From contig OX597831.1 of NCBI GenBank assembly GCA_951406725.2, positions 39,928,001 to 39,992,000 on the forward strand: a stretch of DNA of 64,000 nucleotides, in the 5' to 3' direction. A model generated the notes under the pieces. That model worked only from the letters and a program-made list of their open reading frames with translations, searched no databases and was not told the DNA's origin. Below are positions 25,201 to 38,680 of the stretch, piece by piece. The stretch comes from Octopus vulgaris. Taxonomy: Eukaryota. Position 1 is the stretch's first letter; every line of letters starts with the position of its first letter. Both the position numbers and the translations under genes were made by a program.

Positions 25201-25629
25201 CCCCCTACATTTGAATCTGTTTCTCTGTCTCTGACCCTTCATGTATATGTTTTTGTCTCTTTTTTTCTCTCAACCTCTCTCTCACTTTTGCTTTCTCTTT
25301 TCTCGGCTTTACCTCTCTTTCTCTCTCCCCCCTCTTTCTCTCTTTTACATCTCTCCCGTCATCTCTCTAACACTCCCCTCTTTCAAACACCTTATGCACA
25401 AGAAAACTACCACCCGACTACCACCCAACACCACCCCACATTCAGCCCCCTCATTAAGCACACCTCTAATTGAGCCAATTTTTTTTTTCTGTGGCTAAAT
25501 CTGGTGTTGGATATAACACCACCACCCTCAAACCACCCCCATCGGATCTGGAAAATACCAGGCTTGGTTCTTTCTCAATCAGTTAGATCAGCTGAAAATT
25601 ATGTTTGATGCCCTGTCACCCCCCCCCCC

Positions 25630-26190
25630 CACCACAACTACTACTACTACTATCACTACTATGACAACCACTTCTATGACAACTACCACTACTGACTACC
25701 ACCACCAACACTTCTGAAGTTAATACAACCTTCTATTGTCACTTCCACTACCACCTCTGCTGTAACCAACATCATCGATGCCACAACTACAGCCACAACC
25801 ACAACTAGTGTCAGTACTAACCACTACTACACTACTGCAACTACCACCCCCACTACTAACTCTACTGTTACCAACACTACATCCATCACTACTACTACCA
25901 TCACAACATCCATTACCACTGCCAACGCCACTGCAACATCCATCACCACTACAGCATCCATCACCACCACCACCACCACTACAGCATCAATCACCACCAC
26001 GCCCACCACCACCACTACAACATCCATCACCACCACTATCATTAATACTGTCTGCACCATCCTCACTACCACACAACTGCAACTATTTACCACCACCACC
26101 ACCCACACAACTTCTACCACCTCTACAACTCTACCTCAACTACTACCACAACCTCCACTACCATCACCACCACCACCACCACTACCTCCA
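25630..26190. repeat. Degenerate (ACC/ACT)n tract
   Basis: Direct inspection. Confidence 0.9.
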
Positions 26191-27615
26191 CCATTCTTGG
26201 ACAAAATCTGGAAGTGATTCTGTTAATTAACCTAAATTAAGGCAGCTCCATCAACAGGCCTCAGTCTCCACCACTGCCGCCACCACCATTGGCCCTACCT
26301 TTCTCCTTTCCTTTCTTCTTTCCTTCCTTCCATGTTGCTTTCTTCCTTTTCTTTGTGTCCCTTTGTGTTTCTTTATTTTTACTTTCTTTGCTTTTCCTCC
26401 TTTTCTTTCCTAATTTCCTTCCTTCCTTCCTTCCTTCCTTCCTTCCTTCCTTCCTCTATTCCCTTCTGTAGTTCCTTTAGCAATATGAGACACATGCCTC
26501 CTGTCTTTCTCTCTTTATGTCTCTCTTTATCTCTTTCTTTCTCTCTCTCCCTCTTCTCTGTCTGTCTCTCTGCTCTCTCTCTCTCTCCTTGCTCTCTCAC
26601 TGCTCTCTCTCTGTCTCTGCTTCCCTCTTTCTGTGTGTGTGCCTCTCTATCTGTATCTCCCCCCCCTCGCTCTCTCAGGTGCGCAGCACAGCCCAGCCAT
26701 GTTAACAAGAAGAGGTGTGCATGTATGTGGGGATGGAGGGTGGGCTGGAGAGGTGGCGGTTGGCAAATGACATACCTGGAATTCCTCAACAATCTGCAAT
26801 CGCATCTAAATCTCAATGCGTATGCATGTGCGCACACACACACACACACACATACACTCATGCAAACTTGTAGTAGTATTTTAGCATTCATACGCACGTG
26901 TACACCCATACGTAATCTAGCATGCATGCCCTCCGCACTCACAGGTATACCCAAATGCATACACACTAACAATTTCACTCGTGTGTGCTTGTGCATTTCA
27001 AACTTTGAATACTTGCATACACACGTGCACACTAACGGTAGCTCTTTAGCATTCACACACACACATTCAGGTGTGCACTTACTTGTACTTATGTATGTAT
27101 ACACACACACATATGCACTCTAACACTCATGTATTCACATTCACAAACACACACACACACACACACACATGCACCCTTATGTATTGCTGTAGCAGTTTAG
27201 CATGCATCCATATATGTATATACACTTGCACACACAAGTGTATTCGAATATGCAGTTCTTTGAACTCAGATATGTATACGCAAACGCATACACACTGTGT
27301 TACTTTCACTATCGCACATACTCATATATGTTAACGCTTATGCATATAGAGACACTCACACATGCAAATATGCAATTCTTTGTGCTCCATTATTATACAC
27401 AAACACATAGCTTCTACACACACACACACACACATTCATACATTCAACCATTGACACACACGTTATGTCCATACACACTAACTGTAGCATTCTAGCACAT
27501 ACACACACACATACACTTATATACATGCGTTTCTTTTACCTGTATAGCAACTGTTATGTTTGATTCTCCTTGTTAAGGCTTGTTGGTGTGTGTGTGGAGA
27601 GAGAAAGAGAGAGAT

Positions 27616-27969
27616 TTAAGGAAGAATGTTACGATCGAGATGAATCACAATGACCTTTTTGTGTGCACAGTTTGTGACAGACCATGCGTTTCTTTTGCTG
27701 GGTTCAAATCTCATTTGTGAACCCATGGAAAACGAACCTCCACCAACTATTCCGCCTATATGTCTGTGCACACCTTTCAATGCCATGTATGCCAGATGGT
27801 TTGCAAATCTAAGGGAGGCCTCAAAAGACATTTTAAGATCCACAAAGATCAGAACTTAACTGCAGCTCTTGGTAGTCCAGATCGGATATGCAATCAATGT
27901 GGGTGTCTTTTCAAAACATTGTCTGCTTTAAAAAGCCACATGAGATGCCACAATTGTTCTAAGGTGTAG
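27616..27969 (+). pseudogene. Three C2H2 zinc fingers, probable 3' end of an RTE-type LINE ORF
   Basis: One frame reads FVCTVCDRPCVSFAGFKSHL*TH...FQCHVCQMVCKSKGGLKRHFKIH...ICNQCGCLFKTLSALKSHMRCH; in-frame TGA at 27718-27720; no TGEKP linkers. Confidence 0.7.
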
Positions 27970-28167
27970 GTACAGGAGATGGTCAAATTCCGCTTAAGGA
28001 GTATACAATCACCATACACACACACATACACACACACGTTTTTATTATTCTTAAACAAGAATGTTGTTGGCAGTGACTTGTAAGTTTCGACTATCTAAGT
28101 CATTGTTAATCAGAGTATAGAGTAATCTCTCAGATTATAACTAAACATGATAACGAACAGGTATATA

Positions 28168-29198
28168 CGAGGGTCAGCTGACAAGTTCATTGACTGACCA
28201 ACATACTCTCAATGGAAGGAATGTGATGAAATCAGGTTTATTTCTCAACACAGTTCCCCCTTGTGGTTTACACACGTCTTCCTTCAATGTTGCAGTGCTT
28301 GGATCTTGTTGGTGAAGATGCTTTCATCCTGTTGGTCAATAAAAGTCATCAGCAGCAGATATTATATCATCATCTCAGCTATACTGGTTCCCAGCCAAGT
28401 TTTTCATCATGTTGGGGGAGCAGATGACAGTCAGATGGGGCCAAAACAGGAGGTTAAGTAGGGTGGTCAACCAATTCAATGTGACACACACACAGCTGCC
28501 ATTGAAACCAAAGACTTGTGTGCTGCGGCACTGACCGAATGAAACAAGACTCCTTTTATCACTTTTCCAGCTGTTTAGTATTACTGCCTCAACCAGTTTA
28601 GCTTAGTACTCTCCATTGACAGTGTGACCCTTTTCAGGATATTCAATAAACACAATGCCTTTTGGAACCCCCAAAACTGAGGCCATCATATTCTCCGCTG
28701 ATGAAACGACCATCTTTGAAGAAGGTGAGGAAGGATTCCATTGCATAGATTGTCTGTTTGTCTCAAACTCAAAGTAATGAACTCCTTATTCATCCTGGAT
28801 TGGGAAACATCCAAGAGAACCTGCCTCAAACAATGTCACATTTCCACATGATGAGATCAGCCTCATATGCTTTTGGTCAGGTGTCATAAGATGTGACACC
28901 CACTGACCAGAAACCTTCATTATGCCAAGTTCATTGTGCAGGATATTCTCGACACTCCCATGGGATATGCTAATAGTCAAGCACTTGGATAACACCACCA
29001 TGATGCCAAATTTTGTGAATTGTCAAGAGAGGTCGCTACTAGTTACTTTTGAAGTTTTCTTTGAATAGTCAGATGTCAGATTCCCTGGAAAGAAAGAATG
29101 CATTTATTAATGAGACTCCAAATTAATACATTCAACATTTCACAGCTTTAGCATTACTTCTTCATAGTCCACCTACAAACTTTTCAGCCTTCTCTCAT
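28168..29198 (-). mobile_element. Decayed, internally deleted mariner transposon
   Basis: TA|CGAGGG..CTGACAAGTT left TIR and a diverged right TIR; ILHNELG..KVSGQWVSHLMTPDQK (WVPHEL motif), LAPSDCHL, and C-terminal KTCV..VEK*; stops and frameshifts. Confidence 0.88.
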
Positions 29199-29208
29199 GT
29201 ATATATAT

Positions 29209-29255
<47 letters not shown>

Positions 29256-29569
29256 AATAATTTGATTAGAGGTTATGTTTGCCTCATGGAAGGATAGTGC
29301 CATCCAAGGACATTTTGGTCCAATACCTAATATTCTTTGTGTGTGTGTGGGAGGGTGATTTCCTTAAAATAATAGGCATGTATATAAAAACATTTAGTTT
29401 ATATTTATATAAAGGAAAAAGATATTAAGCTCAGAAATATGAACTTAATATTTAATTAATTCACTGTGTATAATTGAAATGGCTGTAAGGGATGTTGTTT
29501 GATTTGTTGTTTGATTTGTTGTTGATAATAAACTCTTAATAACTTCACAATCTCCATTTTCTTCTTCCT

Positions 29570-29651
<82 letters not shown>

Positions 29652-30095
29652 GTTAATAGATGGATGGATAGATAGATAAATAGATTGATTGATACATTGA
29701 TAGGCAGGTTGATAGATATGTAGATAGACAGTCAGATGGACTGGTATAGATATTTTGATTGATATGTTGATTAACAGAGTGAGAGAGGAAGAGAGAGAGA
29801 GAGAGGGCCAGAGGATGAGAGCAATACTGTAGTATCCAGAGGTTCTTGTGATATTTCAAATTCTTCAAACTTTCATTCCTATATATGGAAGAATTAATTT
29901 GTGAGTAAAAAAAAAAAGCAAAAAGAAAACGAATGGTTAAAAGGAATTTAAGTGCAAGAATTTATCACATTTTCAAAAAAATAAAGTTTTATTCCTGAGA
30001 TTCTTCGTATTCAACATATTCTCTGTCGTGAGTAATATAAGCCTTGATCCATTCTGAAATTCTAAGAATATGTTCTATAATTAAAAAATTTTTTT

Positions 30096-30510
30096 AGGCG
30101 CAGGAGTGGCTATGTGGTAAGTAGCTTGCTTACCAACCACATGGTTCCGGGTTCAGTCCCACTGCGTCGCACCTTGGGCAAGTGTCTTCTACTATAGCCT
30201 CGGGCCGACCAAAGCCTTGTGAGTGGATTTGGTAGACAGAAACTGAAAGAAGCCCGTCGTATATATGTATATATATAAGAGTGTGTATTTGTGTGTCTGT
30301 GTTTGCCCCTCCCCCACCAACCCAACATCACTTGACAACTGGTGCCAGTGTGTTTATGTCCCCGTAACTTAGTAGTTCAGCAAAAAGAGACCGAGAGAAT
30401 AAGTATTGGGCCTACAAAGAATAAGTCCTGGGGTCAATTTCCTCGACTAAAGGTGGTGCTCCAGCATGGCCGCAGTCAAAGGACTGAAACAAGTAAAAGG
30501 GTGTAAGAGT
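30096..30510 (+). mobile_element. SINE family A
   Basis: Full-length copy. Confidence 0.92.
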
Positions 30511-30909
30511 AATTATATTTTCATTAGTTTCTATACCAGTTACTCCCTCGGTCACATTAGTTATCCAACCCTGCAAGTCATCCATTGAATAAGATTTAGT
30601 TGAGAAAACAAACAATAATCTTTAGATGTACCCCCCATAAAATTTGAAGTAATTACGTAATTATGAGTTGTTTTGTATTGGATTTTTTTGTTTGTTTTTT
30701 TTTTTTCTTTTTGCTTAATTAGTAAACAATTATAATGATTTCTTTTCCTATTTATTTTATTGCTAGGCAATAGAATTGGTGCTGTTAGGCTTGTAAATGT
30801 TCGTTGTAGCTTAATTCCATCGTATATAGAAACAGTAGTTATTAACAATTAGAAATTTTCAATTTCAAAAATGTGCAGGTTTTAAAATGGCCAATATTCG
30901 TGCACAAGC

Positions 30910-31350
30910 ACACACACACACACACACACACTCTCTCTCTCTCTAACTCACTCTTTCTCTCTTACTCTCTCACACATACACTTTCTCTCTCACACACACA
31001 CACTTTGTCTCTATTTCTCTCTCACACACTCTTCCTCTATTTGTCCCTCACTCTCTCTTTCTCTCTCACACTGTCTCTCTCTTTCTCACACCCTCTCCCT
31101 TTCTCTATTATTTCTCTCTTTCTTACACAAACACACACACACACTTTCTCTTTTTCTCACTCTCTCACATGCACTCTCAATTTCTCTTTTGCTCTCTCTC
31201 TCACACTCTTTCTCTTTCACACACACTTTCTCTCTCTCTCACTCACACACACACTCACTATTTCTCTCATTCTCTCTCTCACACACTCTTGATTTCTCTT
31301 TCTCTCTCCTCTCTCTTGCACATACTTACACACACACACACACACACCAG
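30910..31350. repeat. (CT)n/(CA)n low-complexity tract
   Basis: Direct inspection. Confidence 0.9.
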
Positions 31351-31907
31351 ATTCTCCAACAGTCCACCATCTCTATATAGAGAAAAGCAACATTCTTCCA
31401 CATTCTGTTTTTTTCTTCTTCTTTGCTCTTTTGTTTCAACCTTCTTCATTTCTCTTTCTTACTCCTCCTTTCTTTCCTCGTCTCTTTGTCTTTCTTTTTC
31501 ACTCCACCTTCTTCCCCACATCTCTCCTTCCTTTCATTTCTGTTTTCCTTTTTAGCTTTCTTTCTCATTTTCTTTTTTTCTCCCCTTCGCTTTCCTCTTT
31601 TTTTTTTTCCTTTCTTTATAATACAAAAGATAGTAAATGTAAGTGGTGTTGAATGAGTCCACATGTGATGCTTGGTGGCAGGCAATGAGTAAGGGAATGC
31701 TACACACACACACGCACATTAGAGAGAGAGAGAGTGTGTATGTTACAGAGACAGAAGAAGAGTAGAATAAAACATTTGTTATAAAAACGAAAGATATAAA
31801 AAAGAAATAATTGCAAATGGACAATTCATTTCAAATTTCTCACTTGTAAACCTCCCAATGTTCTGCAAATTGAGTTGTCAATTTGCCGATCACTTTTACA
31901 TGTATTT

Positions 31908-32221
31908 TGTTATCTTGTCTTGCAAGTTACCTGGTGACCCTGCCGGTGCTGGTGCCATGGGATAAGCATCCACTCCAAGCTGTGAAGTGGTTGGCATTTG
32001 GAAGGGCAAACCATGACAAAACTGTCCTCTCTTGTGCTGGTGCCATGTAAAAAGCTCTCAGAGCACTCTGTGGAGTGGTTAGTGTTAGGAAGAGCATCCA
32101 GCTGTAAAAACTCTGCCAAAAAAGACACAGTAGCCTGGGGTAGTCATCTCTCTAGCTGGCTCCTGCCACACCATTCAACCCATGCCTGCATGGAAGGCAG
32201 GTGTTAAACGATGATGATGAT
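31908..32221 (+). mobile_element. RTE LINE 3' UTR fragment (family B) with an internal duplication
   Basis: Two GTGCTGGTGCCATG..GTGGTT..GAAG segments and a (TGA)n tail. Confidence 0.75.
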
Positions 32222-33177
32222 ATAGAGAAAAAGCGAAAGGGGCACTTAACTCTGGTTTGATGTTCCAACATCTATCTTGATTCTTAGAAATTTTGGGAAA
32301 AAAATAGTTTTTTTTTAATGAAATTTTGCACTGGGATTTTTTCAGTAGTGTAGATTACAATTAATGTCGATAAAATTAATAAAATAAAATAATATCATAT
32401 ATTTATTGTTAATGCACAAATGAGAAATGTTTTGGTTTTATTTCAAAGTAATAAATATCTTTCTTTCAAAAACTAGCATTCATTTCACCGTTTGGTACAA
32501 GCACCAAGAATTTTGATAAAACTCAAATTATTATTGTTCGTGTACTATATTTTCTGATATTACCTGTAATGACAAAATTTTACCTCCAAAGTCCAACGTT
32601 AGCCACCATATGTTGGTTAACACACTAATACGTATATCTATATATCGATTGCTCAGTTCTATATTAACTTTTACGTCTGTTTTTCCATGTCGGCATGGGT
32701 TAGATGAATGCTTATCGTTGAAGTAATACTTTACTGCCAGGTGTCGTTAACTCTTACCTGTTTTTCAAAGTAAAAGAAGTGTATATATGTATGTATGTAT
32801 GCATACGCCTAGTCTGTTTACATATTAATTTTCATATTTCTATTACGCACCTAAGTTCTTGGAAAATGATATTCCTAAAATTAGACTGGTTTCTTGCCAT
32901 AATAGTTTAGTTTTTTTTTATGTGTTTTGTATTAAATTGTTGAAAAGTAGGGTTTTTTTAATTATTTTTTTTGCATTTGCAAATCATTCTGAATTTTATG
33001 TAATTTTTACTTTATTTTTATTTTTTTTCGTTATTACATCTTTACTTTTCAAATTATTCTCTTTCATTCCTTATCATTATCAGTGTGTATGTATATATCT
33101 GTATGTATGTATATGTAGAGAGAAAGAGAGACAGATAGATACACATATTCATTATGTGTGTATGTATATATATTCAT

Positions 33178-33215
<38 letters not shown>

Positions 33216-33902
33216 GTATTATTATGTATGCATGTATATATATATATATATGTATATATATATGTATATATGTGTGTGTGTGTGTGTATAATATATATAT
33301 GTGTGTGTATATATATATATATATGTATAAATAACTAGACATGAAGCAGTGTGTGTGTGTGTGTGAAGATCAGTAAGTTTGCTAAGTTACTTGCAGAAAG
33401 TAGCCATATGGCTAAGGATATCTGTATTGTGTATGTATATATATGCACACATATGTGTGTGTATTCACACACTTCATGTGCACACACGTACCCCTCCACC
33501 CCCATATATACATATATATATGTATATATATATGTATATCTGTCTGCCTGTACATTCACTATGTATGTATATTATAGTCTTAGTGCCAACTCTATTAGAA
33601 AAGCTGTCAAGTCAAAAACTGTCCTATTTACAATTCAGATGGTGAAATTGGAGAAATTATTAAATTATACCGCCATGGAGAGAATATTCATTAGATATTC
33701 CTTCAGATGATGGCAATTTTAGACAGTTTTTTTTTTTTTCCATTTATTTTTATTTTATTTTTATTAATTTTTTTTTTCCTATTTTATTATATTTGTGTGT
33801 GTCAGTCTGTCATGAGAAAACTTTTGTTTTTTAATTCCATAATTTGTATTAGCCCAACTTTAAATACTTAGGTCCTGGACTTCTCATATTTATATATATC
33901 AT

Positions 33903-34110
33903 TATCATCATCATCATCATCATTTAACGTCCGTTTTCCCTTAGGGCATGGGTTGGGTGGTTTGACAGGAGCTGAAGGGCTGTTGAGGTTTCAGTTGTCT
34001 GTTTTGGCATGGTTTCTATGGCTGGATGCCCTTCCTAATGCCAACCACTTTACAGAGTGTTCTGGGTGCTTTTTGCAGCACCAACATATATGCATTCTGG
34101 TACCATGTAA
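33903..34110 (-). mobile_element. RTE LINE 3' UTR fragment (family B)
   Basis: (CAT)n..GGCTGGATGCCCTTCCTAATGCCAACCAC. Confidence 0.8.
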
Positions 34111-34199
34111 AAACATATCACCATCATGCGTGTTTATATGTCTGTATGTGTATATGTCTGTATATGTATGTGTTTGAATGTATGTATATATATATAGGT

Positions 34200-34340
34200 G
34201 GGAGGCACATGCCTCAGTGGTTAGGGTGTTGTAGTCACAATCACAAGGTTGTGGTTTCGTTTCTTGAATCAGGCATTGTGTTGTGTTCTTGAGCAAGACA
34301 CTTCATTTTCACGTTGCTCCACATCCACTCATCTAGCAAA
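34200..34340 (+). mobile_element. SINE family D head
   Basis: CTCAGTGGTTAGGG..TGTTCTTGAGCAAGACACTTCATTTTCACGTTGCTCC. Confidence 0.7.
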
Positions 34341-35497
34341 AACAAATAACCCTGTGGGCGGACCAAGGCTATTGTAGAAGACACTTTGCCTGAGACCCCC
34401 ATATGGTAGGACTGAACCATCCAATTTAACAGCAAGCTCCTTAGCACACAGCCATCTCTGTTTTGGTAGAATTGTTGGATCATCATCCTCCTCTCCTTCA
34501 TCATTGTTTGACATTTGCACTCCATGTTGGCACATGTTGGACGGTGTGACATGGAGCTGATTAGCAGGGAGCTGTCCAGATTCTGTCTGTTGTGGCATGG
34601 TTTCTACGGTTTGGTTCCCTTCCCAATGCTAACCAGTTACCAGAATGTGCTGGGTGTTTTTTACGTGTCACTGTCACGTGTGCCTCTACACAGCACCGAT
34701 ATGGATAAAAAAGTGTCTTATAGCTTTTGCTCCATCGCCTAACATTTGGAGTTCATATCCTGTCAAAATTGACTTTACCTTCCATTCCTTGAGGGTCAGT
34801 AAAATAAAATACCATCGATATTGACTGACCCCTGTCCTCCAGTTTGTCGTCCAATGTTTCTGTTGATCTGGCAGATTTTGTAGGACATAGGAAAAAATTT
34901 TTGCCCTGTATATCTTTACACTCAGAGTTCAAATCCTGCCAAGGCCTACTTAGCCTTTCATTCATCCACGCAGTGGTAAAAACAAGAGCCGGCCTTGAGC
35001 CTATGGTCAATGGCATTGACTAACCTCTTCCGCTTGAAATTGCTGGCCTTGTACTCTAAATAAGAAACAGTTATTCTAATCATTATTCTAAGACATCTGG
35101 AAAATATATTCTACCGTTCCCATTGCAAATTCTGTGCACGTTTTTCTGTTGACTGCATCTTGGAATGAATTTCTATAAGATAATTTGGCCCAGTTTGGTC
35201 TCATCATAATTTCATATGTCGCCAGAGAAGTTTTCTTCTGCCCCCCCCCCCTCTCCCACTCTCTCTCTCTCTCTCCATCTCTCCTTCCCTCACTCTCTCC
35301 AGCATATTGTTTCATTTTTGTTGGGTTCTTTTTTTTGTGCCTTTTATTTTTATTTTTATTTTAGCAATTTTGTTATTTATTTTGTTTTGACTCTTGTACT
35401 CTTTCCTACACTCTCCTCTCTCTTATTCGTCAGTATGTCACCCATCCTCTTCAGTTTTTATGCTCACTCTCACTTTGGCTTCTTGTCTCCACTAACA

Positions 35498-35535
<38 letters not shown>

Positions 35536-35639
35536 CATAAACAGTTGTATCACTCTATGTGCAATTGTGTCTTCCTCTCTGCATGTGTGTGTATGTGTGT
35601 CGGTGTATGTATGTCTCTCTGTATGTTTGTGTGTTTGGA

Positions 35640-35742
<103 letters not shown>

Positions 35743-36613
35743 ACTGAGTCGTGGCTCGCATAGACTCAGCTTTGAATAAATGATTACAATATTCCACTCT
35801 AGCTATTGAGTGTGAGTGTGTGTGTGGATGCACACACATGTACACAAGCACATATATATACGTATATATCTACACTTGCCTTTCATACTAGTATAAAACC
35901 GTCGTACACTGAATTTCCATAGACACACTCCTCCATGCATACATACATACATAGGCACACACTCCCTCCCTCTCTCTCATTCCTTCCTCTTCCTCCCTCC
36001 CCCTCTCACATGCAGACATTCGAATACAATCATACACTTAAGTACATACAAAATACACATGGATAAACACATATATTTATATAGGTCTGTGTGTGTGTGT
36101 GCGTGTTTGCATGTGTATGCGTGTGTGTGTGTGTGTGTCTAGTTTATGAAAGAAGTGAAAAAAGAACAAAAAAAAAAAAACAAGCCCATATTGTTAATAA
36201 TTAAATTACATAGCCAGCCTGTGTCAGAGTCAGTTAGGGAAAATTTCTGCTTAATTTGTCGAAATAGTTTGACAAAAAGTATTTGAATGGCATAAAGCAG
36301 GTTGCATTGTGGAGATTTTACTTGGTGATATACGATGGAGAGGAGCGAGGAAGCCAATGGAGAGCAAGGAGAGCAAGGAGGGTTGCAGAGCCGGAAGACA
36401 GGAGATGGAGAAAGGGAAGAGAAAATAAATTGAAGAGCAGAGAGGAAAAGGAATCTGAAAACTAATGGGGAAGGAAGTAAGGAATGATCAATGAGAGTAG
36501 GGTGGGGTTTTTTTTTTTAATCATTGGCCCTCTGGCCATGCTGGAGTACTACGAAACGTTTTATTCCAAGAAACTGACTCCAGTGCTAATGCTTGTTTTT
36601 GGGAATTTTTGCT

Positions 36614-36980
36614 TTACTCTTTTACTCCTTTACTTGTTTCAGTCATTTGACTGTGGCCATGCTGGAGCACTGCCTTTAGTTGAGCAAATCGACCCCAGGA
36701 CTTATTCTTTGTAAGCCTAGTACTTATTCTATCGGTCTCTTTTGCCGAACCACTAATTTACAGGGACGTAAACACACCAGCATCGGTTGTCAAACGATGT
36801 TGGGGGGACAAACACACACACACACACACACACATATATACATATACATATATACGATGGGATTCTTTCAATTTCTGTCTACCATATCCACTCACAAGGC
36901 TTTGGTCGGCCCAAGGCTATAGTAGAAGTCAAGGTACAACTATGTGGTTGGTAAGCAAGCTACTTACCACACAGCCAATC
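36614..36980 (-). mobile_element. SINE family A with an internal deletion
   Basis: Reverse copy lacking part of the B-box/CORE region. Confidence 0.85.
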
Positions 36981-37113
36981 CTGTGCCTTTGTTTTTGCTT
37001 TTCTTTTATGTCTGTTTACTTATTGTCTAGGTCTCTTTTGCCTACTGCTATTTTACCAGGACATAACCAAACCAACACCAGTTGTCAAGCAGTCAAGTGT
37101 GCAGACACACACA

Positions 37114-37576
37114 CAGGGTTGGCCAAAAGTCACCTAACAGTAAATCAAAACCATTTAATTCCAAGATTTATTTATGTTTATTTAACCCTTTAGCATTTAA
37201 ACTGGCCATATTCTGCCAAAAGTATTCTGCTTGTTTTATGTTCAAACTGGCCAGATCTGGTCTCTCACACCAACCCTACAATATCGTTTGAAAAATTAAC
37301 AGCTACCTCATCAAAATCTCATAGCTACAAGATAATGCATGATTAGTTCAAAACAATGTGGATGAAGAAGCATTAATTTTGGCAGAATAATGTGAACACT
37401 AAAGGGTTAACAACTGAATGAAATTTAATAAATGCATCTAAATATGGAACATCATGAAAATTGTTCAAACTGAAGTCCTTTTTGAGCGACACATTTTTCC
37501 ATTTGAGTCAATACAGAATTACAGATAGTATTTATGGAATTTTGATTTACTATTGGGTGATTTTTGGCCAACCCTG
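37114..37576. mobile_element. Tc1/mariner-like MITE
   Basis: ~37-bp TIRs CAGGGTTGGCCAAAAGTCACCTAACAGTAAATCAAAA / TTTTGATTTACTATTGGGTGATTTTTGGCCAACCCTG; TA on the right side, CA on the left. Confidence 0.85.
37186..37406 (+). mobile_element. piggyBac-like MITE family 1, intact
   Basis: TTAA|CCCTTTAG...CTAAAGGG|TTAA with both TSDs intact, 221 bp. Confidence 0.9.
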
Positions 37577-37587
37577 TATATACACAC

Positions 37588-38000
37588 ATGTGGCATGTAA
37601 AAAGAACCACTGGAACGTGATCACTGTCAGTGCTGTCTGATTGGCTCCTGTGCTGGTGGCACATAGAAATCACCATCCTAGCGTAGTGGATGCCAGTGCT
37701 GGCTGACTGGTCCCATGCCAGTGGCATGTAAAAGGCACCATTTGAGCGTGGTTGTTGCCAGTGCCGCCTGACTGGCTACTGTGCTGGTGTCATATAAAAA
37801 GCACCATTCAAGCATGGTAGATGCCAGTACTGCCTGACTGGCCCTTGTGCCAGTGGCATGTAAAAAAGCACTAAGAAGGGCATCCAGCTGTAGAAACCTT
37901 GCCAGATCAGATCGGAGCCTGGTGTAGCCTTCTGGCTTGCCAGCCCTCAGTTAAACCGTCCAACTCATGCCAGCATGGAAAGCAGGCGATAAACCATGAT
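37588..38000 (+). mobile_element. RTE LINE 3' UTR fragment with 4-5 ~65-bp subrepeats
   Basis: Repeated GCCAGTG..TGACTGG..TGTGC..GTGGCATGTAAAA units, then family B end. Confidence 0.85.
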
Positions 38001-38472
38001 TTGTAAAAAGGCAGGACGAATGATGACCAGATGTCAGGAGAGCAGTAAGAGATGTTGTGTACATATGGAGAAGGAGAGTTAGGAGAGAAGAAAAGATAAA
38101 TTAAAGAGGAATTGGTTGCAGAGGAAACGAAATAATAGTAATAATAATAGATAGCAGGATAGGTATGAGGAGAATAAGTGTGATAGTTGTGGTTGGGTAT
38201 TAAAGAGAGGAAGGGAGACTTGTGGAAAGATAGACTAGTGGTTGTGGGAGGTGGGGGAGGAGGAGGAGATAGAAAGGAAGGAACTAGAGAGGTAAGGAAT
38301 GATTGACTGAAGAAAGACAAAAACTTATTGGGAACTCATTGAGGTAGAAAGAGAGGGTGGAAGAACAATAGATAAATAGAGGGGTGGTGTAAAAGTGGAG
38401 AGAGAGAGAGACAAGGAGAGGAGCAGATAGGTAGAGCAATGGACAGATATGTAGAAAGTGAGAGAGAGAGAG

Positions 38473-38680
38473 ATTGGTAGATAGACTAACATAAAGATAA
38501 GGAGAGATTAAGTGAGAGAAAGATTAAGAAAAAGAGAGAGGGACAAAGACTGACATATCCTAACATAGAGAGAGAGAGAGAGAGAGAGAGGGGTTGGTAG
38601 ATAGACTAACAAAGATAAGGAGAGATTAAGTGAGAGAAAGAGAGAGAGACAAAGACCGACACATCCTAACATAGAGGGAG
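38473..38680. repeat. Local ~120-bp tandem duplication in a purine-rich tract
   Basis: TTGGTAGATAGACTAAC..AAAGATAAGGAGAGATTAAGTGAGAGAAAG..GACAAAGAC..ATCCTAACATAGAG occurs twice. Confidence 0.85.

Noticed and set aside
26660-26685. CTCTCAG|GTGCGC as a second recursive site
   Set aside because: Donor is weak and the pyrimidine tract is a CT microsatellite; other AG|GT cases (12151; minus strand near 4958, 5246 and 32563) have poor tracts or donors
27760-27969. Functional host C2H2 zinc-finger gene
   Set aside because: In-frame stop in the upstream finger, no TGEKP linkers and no convincing acceptor; treated as a retroelement relic
37588-37870. Repeat-spacer appearance reminiscent of CRISPR
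   Set aside because: Degenerate tandem units without unique spacers, inside an RTE UTR, in eukaryotic DNA with no cas genes
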